From an uncultured Gammaproteobacteria bacterium (GTDB lineage: Bacteria > Pseudomonadota > Gammaproteobacteria > JACCXJ01): a stretch of 64,000 nucleotides of DNA. Below are positions 10,038 through 20,941 of the stretch, piece after piece. Below the pieces are notes generated by a model. The model searched no databases, was not told the origin of the DNA, and saw only the letters and a program-made list of their open reading frames with translations. A program made the translations under genes and the position numbers. Each line of letters opens with the position of its first letter. Within the stretch, counting starts at the first letter, position 1. The stretch covers positions 160,001-224,000 of the forward strand of contig CAVXTM010000016.1 in NCBI GenBank assembly GCA_963764725.1, in the 5' to 3' direction.

Positions 10038-11114
10038 CTAAGGCAAGGGCACAATCTCGTACCTAACCGGCTCTTTGCAGACCTCGCCTTCGCCTGTGTC
10101 TCCATCAATGACAACGTATGCGGTTTTTCCGGAAATCGCCAAACCTTCCGATGAAGGGGGCAAAGCACGAATAAACTCTGAATCGATCACCTGTGCTTGG
10201 TCCAAAGCCGACTTCCGAATACGTCGAAGCTCAAACGGCTCTGTTCGATCTTCCGGGGGACCGGCGATCACCCAAATAGACGTTGCGTCGGAAGACAGGT
10301 CTCGTACACCGCGCCCGCCCAAATCCACAAACGCCACGCGGTCAAACGTGTAGGCCGTTAGATCTTTCATGTGGAGCAGGATGGCCAAATGTTTTTTCTC
10401 GGGTTGAGAGGGGTGTGCCGGCAGTAACGGGGCGCGCAACCCGATCCACACCTCTGTCCCTTTGGGTGTGCGGATAGCGACAGCGCCTTCGGCATTGTAG
10501 GCGTTCGCTGCATTGCAAAGGTCTCTTGCGGCATCCTTGGTTAATTTTTCCGCTTTCACGGCGTCGCCAATCTGCGTCGCTATTGCATCAGCATTGTCTA
10601 TCGCTTCGCATGCTGCCCTCACTGGTGCCTCTAACCCCCGGTTATCAAACAAGTGTTCGCAGGTCACCTTCTTGGATCGTAAGGTGTCCACAACCGCCGT
10701 TTGTGCCTTCGATAAACTCACCTTCGCGAACTGGCGGCGCTTTGGCTTGACCTCACAGCTGGTGTTGCGACTATAAGAGGCAAAAACCAGAATCTCGTCG
10801 CTCGAAATGCCCGTGAGTGCCTCGATGTCCGAGATCTCCTTACCGTCCCCGAGGTGCAAGTCAAAAGCGCGTTGCGCGCCGGACTTGAGTTTTTGGTCCT
10901 GAACGGGGAACAGGTAGAGTTCCTTTCCCTGTTCGTTGTCGCCTACCAAAAGACACTCGCCATCCCCGCTCGGACAAGTCACCAGCAAAGCCGACGACGC
11001 TTCACAAAGTGGAAATCGTCCCAGCGTCGCGTCGGCAGCTAGTCTGTCGCTTACCGTCGATGCAGTGAGAATGATTGCAAGGTGCAGGGGAAGAGCCCTC
11101 TTGCGTTTCCGCAT
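10038..11114 (-). CDS. Secreted DUF3616-like beta-propeller protein
   Basis: CEASSA, VGDNE, DIEAL, NAEGA, IGLRAPL, DLGGRGVRDL, VIAGP, SEGLA; the ORF-track start at 11174 lies inside the repeat, ATG 11114 has an RBS. Confidence 0.7.
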   Translation of the reverse strand: MRKRKRALPLHLAIILTASTVSDRLAADATLGRFPLCEASSALLVTCPSGDGECLLVGDNEQGKELYLFPVQDQKLKSGAQRAFDLHLGDGKEISDIEALTGISSDEILVFASYSRNTSCEVKPKRRQFAKVSLSKAQTAVVDTLRSKKVTCEHLFDNRGLEAPVRAACEAIDNADAIATQIGDAVKAEKLTKDAARDLCNAANAYNAEGAVAIRTPKGTEVWIGLRAPLLPAHPSQPEKKHLAILLHMKDLTAYTFDRVAFVDLGGRGVRDLSSDATSIWVIAGPPEDRTEPFELRRIRKSALDQAQVIDSEFIRALPPSSEGLAISGKTAYVVIDGDTGEGEVCKEPVRYEIVPLP

Positions 11115-11131
11115 ATCGTCCTCGCATCTGC

Positions 11132-11254
11132 ATACCGAAAACGGCCACAATTTACGCTTCGTCATTCCGGGCAAGGGAGCAGCGCGACCGCGACCCGGAA
11201 TCCATACGCCCGAGCCAACGCCACGTGGATTCCAGCTTGCGCTGGAATGACGGC
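11132..11254 (-). repeat. Right arm of 123-bp inverted repeat
   Basis: Inverted copy of 9857..9979. Confidence 0.95.
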
Positions 11255-11342
11255 AACATAGGGTTTTTGTCCCTGGTTAAGCATCAGCATAGGTCTGCAA
11301 TTGCGGTAACTTATGACCGTTGAAGGTATTATTCACAAGCCC

Positions 11343-12362
11343 TCAGCGCTTCTTGCCTTTGGGTTCCTTGGCTTTGTCCGGGTCGAGCGCCAGAAGCTCC
11401 GCGGCCTCGGCTGCTTCGCTGTCGAGATCCGCGAGCAGCCCCTCGTCGCTGAGATCGAGCGGATGCGAATGGCTCCAGTCGTGGTGGACAACGCTGTTCA
11501 GCCGCTTCACCAGATGCCCGTCGTCCACCTCTATGGCCAGCTCCCGCCGGCTGTCGAAGCTCCCGGGCGCAAGATTGATCGAGCCGATGACCGCACGCTC
11601 GGCATCGGCCAGCATCATCTTGGCGTGCAGCTTCAAGCCTTTGAGCTTGTGCACCTTGGCGCCCACGTCCTGGAGCAGCCGCAGCCCCTCCACTCCCTCG
11701 ACCAGCTTGCCCTTCTTGAGGGTGTGGGCCGGGCGCGCCAGCACATGCAGCTTGACCCCGCGTTGCGCGGCGGCGCGCACCAGGCGCTCGATGATGACCT
11801 CGTCCTGGTAGCGCTCGTTCTCCAGGAACAGCGACTCCTTCGCCCGGTCGATGAAGCGGGCGACGCGGTTGCGGCCGTTGAGGTTGCACCAGATAAGATG
11901 CGAGCTCTCGCCGGGGTCGAAGGGCTTGCGATGCCAGTCGGCCTCGAAACAGTCGAGGATCTCGCCCACCTCGTGACGGTGGGCCGTGCCCACGGCGTAG
12001 TCGCGCGTCTCGGTAAGGTTCCTGGGCTCCCAGTTGGCCGAGTGGACGAACGCCGTAGTCTCGTCGATCACCATCGACTTCTCGTGCGTGACGTCGAAGG
12101 CGGGATTGGTGTCGATCACCTCCACACCCGCATGCGCGAGCTTCTTGTGGGTTTCTTCATTCTCGGCCTCGCCGCTGCGCCGGGCCGGGTTGAGCATCAC
12201 ACGGACCTTGACGCCACGCTGGTGCGCAGCTATGACGGCGGCGAGCAGTCCCGCATCGGAAAACGAGAACATCTTGACGCGCAACGACTGCTTGGCGCCG
12301 GCGATAGCGTCGAGAAGCGGCTGTGCGGTATCGTCGGGCAGGATAATCAGGGAGCGGGACAT
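11343..12362 (-). CDS. Phospholipase D / cardiolipin synthase-like protein
   Basis: Two HKD motifs: HEKSMVID and HAKMMLAD...GSIN. Confidence 0.9.
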   Translation of the reverse strand: MSRSLIILPDDTAQPLLDAIAGAKQSLRVKMFSFSDAGLLAAVIAAHQRGVKVRVMLNPARRSGEAENEETHKKLAHAGVEVIDTNPAFDVTHEKSMVIDETTAFVHSANWEPRNLTETRDYAVGTAHRHEVGEILDCFEADWHRKPFDPGESSHLIWCNLNGRNRVARFIDRAKESLFLENERYQDEVIIERLVRAAAQRGVKLHVLARPAHTLKKGKLVEGVEGLRLLQDVGAKVHKLKGLKLHAKMMLADAERAVIGSINLAPGSFDSRRELAIEVDDGHLVKRLNSVVHHDWSHSHPLDLSDEGLLADLDSEAAEAAELLALDPDKAKEPKGKKR

Positions 12363-12387
12363 ACGGGCTCCGTGCGTGTTAGGGGAA

Positions 12388-14277
12388 TCACGCTGTCGCG
12401 GGTGCGGGCTCGACCTGGGCGCGATGCAACTCGGCATACACGCCGTTCAGGGTCAGCAGCTCGTCGTGGGTGCCTTGCTCGGCGACCAGACCGTCCTTTA
12501 GAACGATGATCTTGTTGGCGTGCCGGATGGTGCTCAACCGGTGCGCGATCGTGATCACCGTGCGGCCCTTCATCAGCCGCTCCAGGGCATCGATCACCAA
12601 CTTTTCCGACTCGGTGTCCAGCGCGGCCGTGGGCTCGTCGAGGATCAGGATCGGCGTCCTGCGGATGATGGCGCGAGCGATGCCGATGCGCTGGCGCTGC
12701 CCCCCCGACAAGCGTGAGCCCCCGCTCGCCTACCAGGGTGTCGTAGCCGTTCGGCATGCGCTCAATGAACTCGTCCGCGTTGGCGGCCTTCGCGGCCTCG
12801 ATGATCTCTTTCTCCGTCGCCGACGGCCGCCCGTAGGCAATGTTCTCGCGCACCGTGCCCTTGAACAGCACCGTGTCCTGCAGCACGAAGCCGATGCAGC
12901 CGCGCAGCCCCTGCAGCGTGTAGTCGCGAATGTCGACCCCGTCGATCTTCACACTGCCGGCACTGGGATCGTAGAAACGAGGAATCAGGCTCACGACCGT
13001 GGATTTTCCGCCACCGGTGGTGCCCACCACGCCCACGAGCTGGCCGGGCGCGATGCGCAAGCTCACGTCCTTGAGCACCGGCGCCTAGGATCGTAGGCGA
13101 AGGCCACGTTCTCGAACACGATCTCACCCTTGAGCGCGCCGGGCTCGCGCGCGCCGGGACGCTCGGGGACGATCATGTCGTTATTCAGGATCGTCTGGAT
13201 GCGCTCGATCGCCACCGCCGTCTGGGCGATGGTGTTGCTCATCTTGGCGAGGTCCTGGACCGGCTTGAAGAACTTGCTCAAGTAGGCGAGGAACACCGTC
13301 AGCTCGCCTAATGTCATGGCGTCGGCGAGGATCAGCGCCGTGCCGCGATAGAGCACGAACCCCGTGCACAGGGCCACTGCGATGGAAACTGCGGGCGAGA
13401 GCAGCGACTTCACGCGCCGCGCTGCGAGCGCCGCATCCACCGTCGCGCGGCTGACCTCCTTGAGGTGTGCCTCCTCGGTGACCTGGGCGCCGAACGCTTT
13501 CACCACCCGGGCGGATTCCAGGCCCTGCTGCACCACGGCCATGATGTCGCTTTGGTGCCGGCGCACCTCGTGGGTCGCCCGCTTCACCACGCGGTTCAAC
13601 CGCGCCACGAACAGCAGCAGGAACGGGGTGATCGCCACCGCGATGAGGGCGAAGTCCCAGTTGAGCCAGAACATGATGCCCAACATGCCGACGATGGTGA
13701 GCAGGTCCACCAGGATACCCAGCGTTCCCGACGACGCAAACGCCTGGATCGTCTTGACGTCGTCGATGACGGTGGACAGGATCGTGCCGAGCTGGTGACT
13801 GTCGTAGTAGGCAAGCGACAGGCGCTGGAGGTGGTCGTACATGCGGTTACGCAGGTCGTACGCCACCCATTGGGCGACGCTCTCGGTGTAGTAGTTCTCG
13901 ATGTAGCTTGCCACCGCGCCCAGCGCGGCGATCAGCACGATCCCGATGCCCGCCACAGCCGCCAGCTCCATCTTGCTGCCTCTGAGGACGGAGATGTGCA
14001 AAGCCCCCAGCCATTCTGGCACCTTGTGGCTGCCAATGACACTGTCGATGACGATCTTCAGGGGCCACGGAGCCGCCAGGCTCATCACCGTCTGTACCAG
14101 CATGGCGGCAAAGATGATCAGCAGCCAGCCCCCGTAGGGGCGCAGCAGCTCGCGCACCAGGCGCGCCTTGCTGGCGCTCGCCCGGTCGGCGGGCCGAGGC
14201 GAGGGAAAAGCCGAAGCCGCTGCGCCCGCCGCGGGTGGCAAAGCACTCTGGTCGCTGCCGACGCCTCCCGCGGACAC
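12388..14277 (-). CDS. ABC exporter, fused permease + ATPase (MsbA-like), frameshifts ~13085 and ~12705
   Basis: Six-TM domain, Walker [10 protein letters not shown], signature [16 protein letters not shown]-loop IAHRLST. Confidence 0.9.
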
Positions 14278-14317
14278 AGGCTATCCTCTTGGTGAGATGG
14301 AGTCTAACATGGTCGCG

Positions 14318-14480
14318 AGAATAAGAAGTTTTTTAACACCCTTTTTCCTCAGGAGCAAAGATACGACTGAACCTCTCAGGTGTCAAACACGTGTATTCGG
14401 CCAATACATTCTGCACTGTGTAGGTGGAAGACATGCTGCCACAACCGATGCGGGGGTGTTCAGTCCCAGGCATGATGAGG
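14318..14480 (-). promoter_or_regulatory. Promoter family A copy (TTGACA 14386-14381, TATCTT 14363-14358) within a repeated element
   Basis: About 100 bp upstream is nearly identical to 46325..46427; about 40 bp downstream resembles 41190..41228. Confidence 0.8.
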
Positions 14481-14591
14481 AAGTCGAGTTCGAAGCCGAG
14501 CATGGCTCCCCCGAGCGTCAGCGAAGCGGTTGCGCTTCCTCGCCGGAAAGTGCGGTGCGCGAAGTTCATCTCGGATCTCTACTCCAGTCGG

Positions 14592-15587
14592 TCAACCGTA
14601 GCCCTTGTGCACCTTGCCGCGAAAGACCCAGTACACGCCGATCGTGTAGACGGCGATGACCGGCAGCACCACAATGCCGCCGTAGAACAGGAAGCGCAGC
14701 GAGGCATCCGGCGCCGCGGCGTTCGCGACGGTGATGGAATACGGAATCATGTACGGCCAGAACATCACCCCGAGCGTCAGGAAGGCGGCGAGGAAGAACA
14801 GCACGGTCAGCGCGAACGGCAGGCCATCGCGCTGCCGCGTGCGCCGACCAGGATCCCGACCAGCGCGAGCACGCCGATCAGCGGGGAACGCGAGGCCCCA
14901 GGATCGTCGCCTGCAGATCGCTTCGCGCGAGCACGCTGTAGTCGAACGTGACGGCGAACGCCAGGCACAGAACGGCCAGGACGCCGGCGGCGAGCCACGG
15001 GATGCGGCGCGTAGGCCCAGTCGCGCAGCGCGCCTTCGCTCTTGAGCACCAGCCAGCCCGCGCCGAGCAGCGCGTAGCCGAGCACGAGCCCGATCCCGGT
15101 CAGGATCGCGAACGGGTGCAGCCAGTCGAACGGACCGCCGGCAAACTGGCCGTTCACAACCGGGATGCCGCGCATCATCGCGCCGACCGCCGCGCCCTGG
15201 ACGAACGCGACCACCGTCGAGCCGAGGAAGAAGCCCCAGTCCCACACCCAGCGCATGCGCTCGCTCCGGTAGCGGAACTCGAACGCGACGCCGCGGAAGA
15301 TCAGGCCGAACAGCAGCAGCAGCACCGGGAGGTAGAACGCGCCGAGGAACACCGCGTAGACGACGGGAAACGCCGCGAACAGCCCGGCGCCGATCACCAC
15401 CAGCCAGGTCTCGTTGCCGTCCCAGAACGGCGCGATGGTGTCCATCATCTGCACGCGCAGCGCCTCGTCGCGCGTGGTGCCGAACAGGATGCCGACGCCG
15501 AGGTCGAAGCCGTCGAGGATGACGTAGAGCAGGATCGCCAGGCGATCACGCCGGCCCAGAACAGCGCGAGATCGCTGCGGTGTCCAT
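14592..15587 (-). CDS. cydB: Cytochrome bd ubiquinol oxidase subunit II (multiple indels)
   Basis: YVILDGFDLGVG, APFWDGNETWL, LIFRGVAFEFR, YWVFRGKV. Confidence 0.9.
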
Positions 15588-15593
15588 GCGCGC

Positions 15594-17007
15594 TCATCCG
15601 CCGGTCCGCAGTCTGCTGCCGGTCGCCGTGTCGGCAGCTGTCGGCGAAGGCCAGCGGCCGGTTGCCCGTGGCGCCCGGGATGGCCGTCGCTTCGCTGGTC
15701 GGCCCGTCCCGCAGCAGCTTGTAGATGTAGTACATGCCGAACGAGACGAACACCGCGTAGACGAGCACGTAGCCGACGAGCGAGAACAGCACGTCGCCGG
15801 TCGTCAGCGACGGCGTGACCGCGTCCTTGGTGCGCAGCAGGCCGTACACGACCCACGGCTGGCGCCCGACCTCGGCCGTGAACCAGCCGGTGAGGATGGC
15901 GACGAAGCCGGTCGGGAAGGAGAGGAACGCGCACCCACAGAAACCAGCGCGTCGTCTCCAGCCGGCCGCGCCAGCGCAGGAAGTTCCCGAACCACGAGAC
16001 CGCGAGCATGATCAGCCCCATGCCCACCATGATCCGGAAGCCGAAGAACGGAATCAGCACCGGCGGCCGGTCTTCGGGCGGGAAGGTCTCCAGCCCGATC
16101 TCGCGCGCAGTCCAGTTGCCCGAGGCGATGAAGCTGCCGAGCTTCGGGATCTCGATCGCGAAGAGATTCCGCTCGTTCGCCTCGTCGGGAATCGCGATCA
16201 GCACCTCGCTCGCCGGCTGCTGCGTCTTCCAGCGCGCCTCGATCGCCGCGAACTTCGCCGGCTGATGCTTGAGCACGTAGAGGCCCGTCAGGTGGCCGAA
16301 GAAGAGCTGGATCGGAATCAGCACCGCGACCAGCCCGAGGCCCCAGTGCAGCATCACGCGCGCCTCGGCGCGATGGACTCCGCGCAGCACGTACCAGGCG
16401 CCGGTGGCCGCCACGCACATGCCGGTCGTCAGGAAGGCGGCGAGCAGCATGTGCGGCCAGCGCACCCGCATGATCGGGCCGGTCGTGATCGCCCACCAGT
16501 CCGCGGGGATGATCCTGCCGTCGACGATCGTGTGGCCGAGCGGCACCTGCATCCAGCTGTTGTTGGCGAGGATCCAGAACGACGAGAACATCGTCCCGAG
16601 CGAGACCATGCAGCAGGCGAAGAAGTAGAAGCGCGGCGAGCACGCGGTCGCGCCCGAGCAGCATCACGCCGAAGAAGGTCGCCTCCAGCATGAAGGCGGT
16701 GAAGGCTTCGTAGCCGAGCAGCGGCCCCTGGATCGAGCCGGTCTTCTGCGCCAGCACGCCCCAGTTGGTGCCGAACTGGAACGCCATCACGATGCCGGTG
16801 ACCACGCCCATGCCGAACGAGACCGCGAACATCTTGAGCCAGAAGTCGAACACGCGCCGGTAGAGCGCGTTGCCGGTGAACGAGCCGCGCGCCCTCGATC
16901 GTCGCCAGCCAGGCCGCCAGCCCGATCGTGAAGGCCGGGAAGATGATGTGGAAGCTGATGACGAACGCGAACTGGAGGCGCGAGAGGAAGACGGGATCGA
17001 GGTCCAT
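15594..17007 (-). CDS. cydA: Cytochrome bd ubiquinol oxidase subunit I, short Q-loop/CioA-like (multiple indels)
   Basis: LSRLQFAFVISFHIIFP, FQFGTNW, NSWMQVP, HQPAKFAAIE, GRQPW. Confidence 0.9.
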
Positions 17008-17023
17008 AGCTCGAAATCCTATG

Positions 17024-18832
17024 TCATTTCTTCGCGGCGGCGCTGTCAAGACCCAGGATTACGACCCTTGCGCGGCTCGGCTTGATTGGCCACGCGGCCA
17101 TCGTGTAGTTGTCAGCTACGGCAACTTTCTGCACGCCGTCCACGGTGTACGTGATCACGCCGCCGCCGATCCCGCCGCCGGTTCCGAGCGGCCCTCCCCA
17201 GAGCTTCTGGCCGGTGGAAGAATCCAATGCGTAGAAATTGCCGCCGATGTCAGCGACGAACACGATTCCACCGGCCGTCGGCGTGATGCCGGCGACAAAG
17301 GGATAGTTGGACTTGGCACGCCATTTCCAGACCCCGGTGTCGGCGTCGCTGGCATAGATCCATCCGGCCCAGTGCCCGTCGGTGGGGTCTTCCTTTCCGA
17401 ACATGTTGATCGGGTTCCACGTCGCCATTCCGGTCCAGGGCTGCCCGACGTCCACCGACCGCATTCTCTCGTCAGTCTTGATCGTCACGGTATCGCACCA
17501 GTCAACGGTACCGGTGATGATGAGATTCGTGGTCGGATCGTAGCCCGGGGTGTTCCATTCAGTGCCTCCCACCGGACCCGGACAGAAATGAACTTTCTGG
17601 CCGACGGCGAAAGTGCCCTCGGCATTCTCGATCGTGGTTATCGGCACGCGGTAGAGCAGGTTGTTGGTGGCGAGATCGTAGCCATAGAGGTGCCCATCCT
17701 TCGGTGCGACCGACATGAGCTGCTTGCCGCCCATGGTTTGAAGCAGGATGGGCGGGCTGGACACGTCCCAGTCATGCCAGTCCTTTTTCACGACCTTGAA
17801 GTTGTTCCTGAAGTCGCCCGTCATGGTGTCGAGTACGACGACCGAGTCGGTGAAGAGATTCTCGCCCTCGCGTGCTCCCGAGGCGAAGTCGGGGGCCGGA
17901 TTGCCTCCCGGGACGTACAGCACGCCGTTGTTGATATCGAGCGTGTACGAGGTCCAGGTCCCGCCGCCGCTGATGGGTATGCCTGGCGCGTTGTTCCAGG
18001 TCGATGCGTCGAGCGGCGACTTGCCCAGAGGTCCTCGGACGACATCGTCCTCGCCTCTGGGGACGAGAAAGAACTGCCAGACGACCTTGCCGGTCTTCCC
18101 CTCGAGTGCGTATACCTTGCCCTTGCCACCCTTGTAGTCTCCGCCGGCATTGCCGACGTAGACGAGGCCGTTCCACGCGATCGGCGCCGACGGCACCGAC
18201 TCGCCGCGTTTCGGGTCGCAGATCGTCGTCTCCCACACCTGTTTGCCGGTCTTGAAATCGAAGGCCAGCACCCGACAGTCTTGTGTGCCGCGAAACAGCA
18301 GGCCGTCCATGTAGGCGGCGCCACGACTCGAAGGCAGAAGGGCGGGGGGATAATCGAGATGCGTACGCCAGTTCTCCGCGCACGTGGCCGGATTGATCGA
18401 GAAAATATCGAACTCGGTGGTGCCGATCAGAGCGTTGTTCACCATGATCAGACCGGATTCGAAGGCAGTGATCTCCCGGACCTCGTAGATGCACTGGATC
18501 TTCAGGTTTCCGACATTCTTCGCGTTGATCTGGTCGAGCGGCGAGAACCGCTGCGAGGACGGGGTCCTGTTGTAGCTTGGCCAGTCGCCGACCGCAGCAT
18601 TGGGCCATGCCGCCTCGGCTAGCGGTGGCGAGGGCACTGGAGCAACCGGCGCTTTGTAGGCGGGATTCGTCTCGATGGTCAGCGTGCCTGGCGGCGCAAA
18701 CAGCGACTTGAGAAAGTTGAGCCCCATGGCGCCATAGGTCGTCATCTGCACGGGGAACGTGACGTAGAGCACCCCCGCGATGGCCACGCCTGCCACAAAC
18801 AGTAGGCCGAGGATGATGAAGAATTTCTTCAT
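17024..18832 (-). CDS. Membrane-anchored PQQ-dependent dehydrogenase (beta-propeller)
   Basis: N-terminal TM helix, DWPSYNR...QRFSPLDQIN..NV..L, repeated TGK.VW docking motifs, HDWDVS. Confidence 0.85.
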   Translation of the reverse strand: MKKFFIILGLLFVAGVAIAGVLYVTFPVQMTTYGAMGLNFLKSLFAPPGTLTIETNPAYKAPVAPVPSPPLAEAAWPNAAVGDWPSYNRTPSSQRFSPLDQINAKNVGNLKIQCIYEVREITAFESGLIMVNNALIGTTEFDIFSINPATCAENWRTHLDYPPALLPSSRGAAYMDGLLFRGTQDCRVLAFDFKTGKQVWETTICDPKRGESVPSAPIAWNGLVYVGNAGGDYKGGKGKVYALEGKTGKVVWQFFLVPRGEDDVVRGPLGKSPLDASTWNNAPGIPISGGGTWTSYTLDINNGVLYVPGGNPAPDFASGAREGENLFTDSVVVLDTMTGDFRNNFKVVKKDWHDWDVSSPPILLQTMGGKQLMSVAPKDGHLYGYDLATNNLLYRVPITTIENAEGTFAVGQKVHFCPGPVGGTEWNTPGYDPTTNLIITGTVDWCDTVTIKTDERMRSVDVGQPWTGMATWNPINMFGKEDPTDGHWAGWIYASDADTGVWKWRAKSNYPFVAGITPTAGGIVFVADIGGNFYALDSSTGQKLWGGPLGTGGGIGGGVITYTVDGVQKVAVADNYTMAAWPIKPSRARVVILGLDSAAAKK

Positions 18833-18851
18833 AGTAACCTCCACCGTTCGC

Positions 18852-20490
18852 TTAGTTGACCAATTCGATCTCGCTCGGCCGCCATTCCTTCGTGAAGAAG
18901 GGTTCGAGCGGGCTGTAGAGGCGCAGGAGCGTGAACCAGCCCTTGCCGGGCATGGTCTGGATCCAGTTGCCGCGTTTCACGCCCTCCGGCTGGGTCGGGC
19001 CGAAGTAGACCGTCGTGGAGCCGTCGGCGTTCGGTTCGGCGGCGGGCGACGGATAGCTCTGGCTGCCGGCGCGCGGGTAGCGCTGCGGCGTGTCGAGCAT
19101 CGAGCGCGTCTGGTTGTCGTAAAGCGTGAACGACCAGAACGCGCGCGCGGGAATGTTCTTCGGCAGCGTCACCTTGTAGGTCTTGCCGCCGTCGTAGGGA
19201 TTGCCGTCGGCGTCGAGGAAGCCCATGAGATACTGCGAGCCGACGTCGGGAATGCGCATGATCATGCCCGGCGAGTCGAGGGTGTAGCCGTAGTAGAACG
19301 CCGTGCGCGAGTCGAGGGTCCGCGCGCCGGTCGGCGGCAACGGCTTGAACATGCCCTCCTTGGTGAACTCGGGCGGCGGCGTCTCGAAGTTGGCGCCGCC
19401 CTCCCACAGCATGTTGCCCCACATCGAACCGGGGTAGTACGACCAATCAGGATGAGCCACGCTGTAGCGCCAGTTCAGCATGCGGCCGGCGGCGTTGCCC
19501 ACCGCGGCGGCGTCGGTGAGGATCTTCTTCATCCGCGTCATCCGGCTTGAACGGCTTGCCCTTGACGATGCCGATGGCGGCCAACTGCCCGGCGAGCTCC
19601 ACATCGTAGCTGCCGGCCGGCTCTTGCTGCACGTTCTCGTTGATCATCTCGAAGAACGAGAAGTCGCTTGGGCGGAATCGTGTTGAACGACTTGCCGCTG
19701 CCTTCGACGAACTTGGTTTCGGGCACGGGCGGATTGGCTTCGAGCCGGACCTTGCCTTCGAGCGCCGTGGCGATGCTCGTGCCCACGCCGCCCGGCGTGT
19801 AGGGATAGATCTTGATCGTCTTCTTGATCAGTTCTCGACGGTCGGCTTCGGATCGTTGTTGACCAGGAACGAGCGCGCCGCGTACAGCACGCGGTTGGTC
19901 TTCGAGTGCGCGATGTAAAATCCGCCCTCGGGAAGCGGGCCGTCATAGCCGGGCGGCACGAGCAGGTACTTGCCGCCTTCGCCGCGATCGGGGCCAGGGA
20001 ACCCGATGTCGATGATCCACGGAAACCACATGTCGTTGATGGTGCCAAGCCCCATCGGCGGCTGCTCGACCACCATCGGCCCCTTCGTCAGATTCACCAC
20101 GGCCATGTAATAGACGGTGTCGGCATTGGCGGTGAGGAACAGCGACTTCGCGTCCATCAGTTCGGAGATAGATGAGAACCGAATTGTCCTCGGCGCCGAT
20201 GCTGCGAAAGCCCTGGCGGATCGCATAGGCCGACGCGCCCCGGAAGCTGTTGTTGAACACGTTTACGGCGCGGGTGAAGTCCAGAGCGTCGCGCACCCTC
20301 TCGGCTGTTTCGACGTGGGCGCGCCGTCCTTGTATTCGAGCGTGCCGATGCGCGTCTCGACTTTGTCTGGTGTGGTGATCGCTGCAGGGATGGCAGGCGT
20401 CGTTTGCGCCTCCGCTTCACCCGCACCAGGAAAAACAGTTGCGGCAAAGGCAATCGCCAGCAGGGAGAATTTTTTTCGGATGGGTTTCAT
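18852..20490 (-). CDS. DUF1254/DUF1214 domain exported protein (several indels)
   Basis: ITTPDKVETRIGTL, LFLTANADTVY, GPDRGEGGKYL, FWSFTLYD, RLYSPLEPFF.KEWRP. Confidence 0.85.
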
Positions 20491-20519
20491 GGCTCGGTCT
20501 GGTCTCATGTTGTGGTAAG

Positions 20520-20613
20520 AAGGTGTTTGGTCCGCCGGCAAATTCGCCGCCGAGAATATCCCGACGGCCAGCGCCGCCAGGGGGCTCGGTGTAATTTTCT
20601 TTCGAGGTTTCAT
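20520..20613 (-). pseudogene. Copy of the arylsulfatase 3 signal peptide, in frame upstream of the DUF1254 gene
   Basis: MKPRKKITPSPLAALAVGIFSAA vs MKPRKKITPSALAALSVGMFSAA at 26640. Confidence 0.8.
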
Positions 20614-20652
20614 CAGAGACCTGTGCTATGGACCAACGAGTTCAATCTATAG

Positions 20653-20832
20653 GTGAACTGGTTGAAGGGTCGGTGCCCCAAGATCGATTTGTGTGAGTTT
20701 TATGGGATCAGTCGCCCGACAGGTGACAAATGGATTGAGCGGTACCAGCGGTTGGGGCTGGCTGGGCTCAAGGAGTGGTCGCGGGCGGCCAAGTATCATC
20801 CCAATGCGATTGAACCGGTGCTGTGCCAATGA
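20653..20832 (+). mobile_element. IS481-like transposase N-terminal HTH fragment
   Basis: LCEFYGISRPTGDKWIERYQRLGLAGLKEWSRAAKYHPN; no catalytic domain follows. Confidence 0.7.
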
Positions 20833-20941
20833 ATCGCCCCACGTATTGCTGCGGGGGCACGAGCAGGTGCTATGAGGGTCTGGCGGTGAGCCGCGGGCTG
20901 GCATATGATCAGGTGGTGTAAACTTCGAGAAGCGACACGCC

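Noticed and set aside
14807-16609. Apparent 600-aa CydA-CydB fusion ORF
   Set aside because: Produced by indels; the middle section is out-of-frame sequence.
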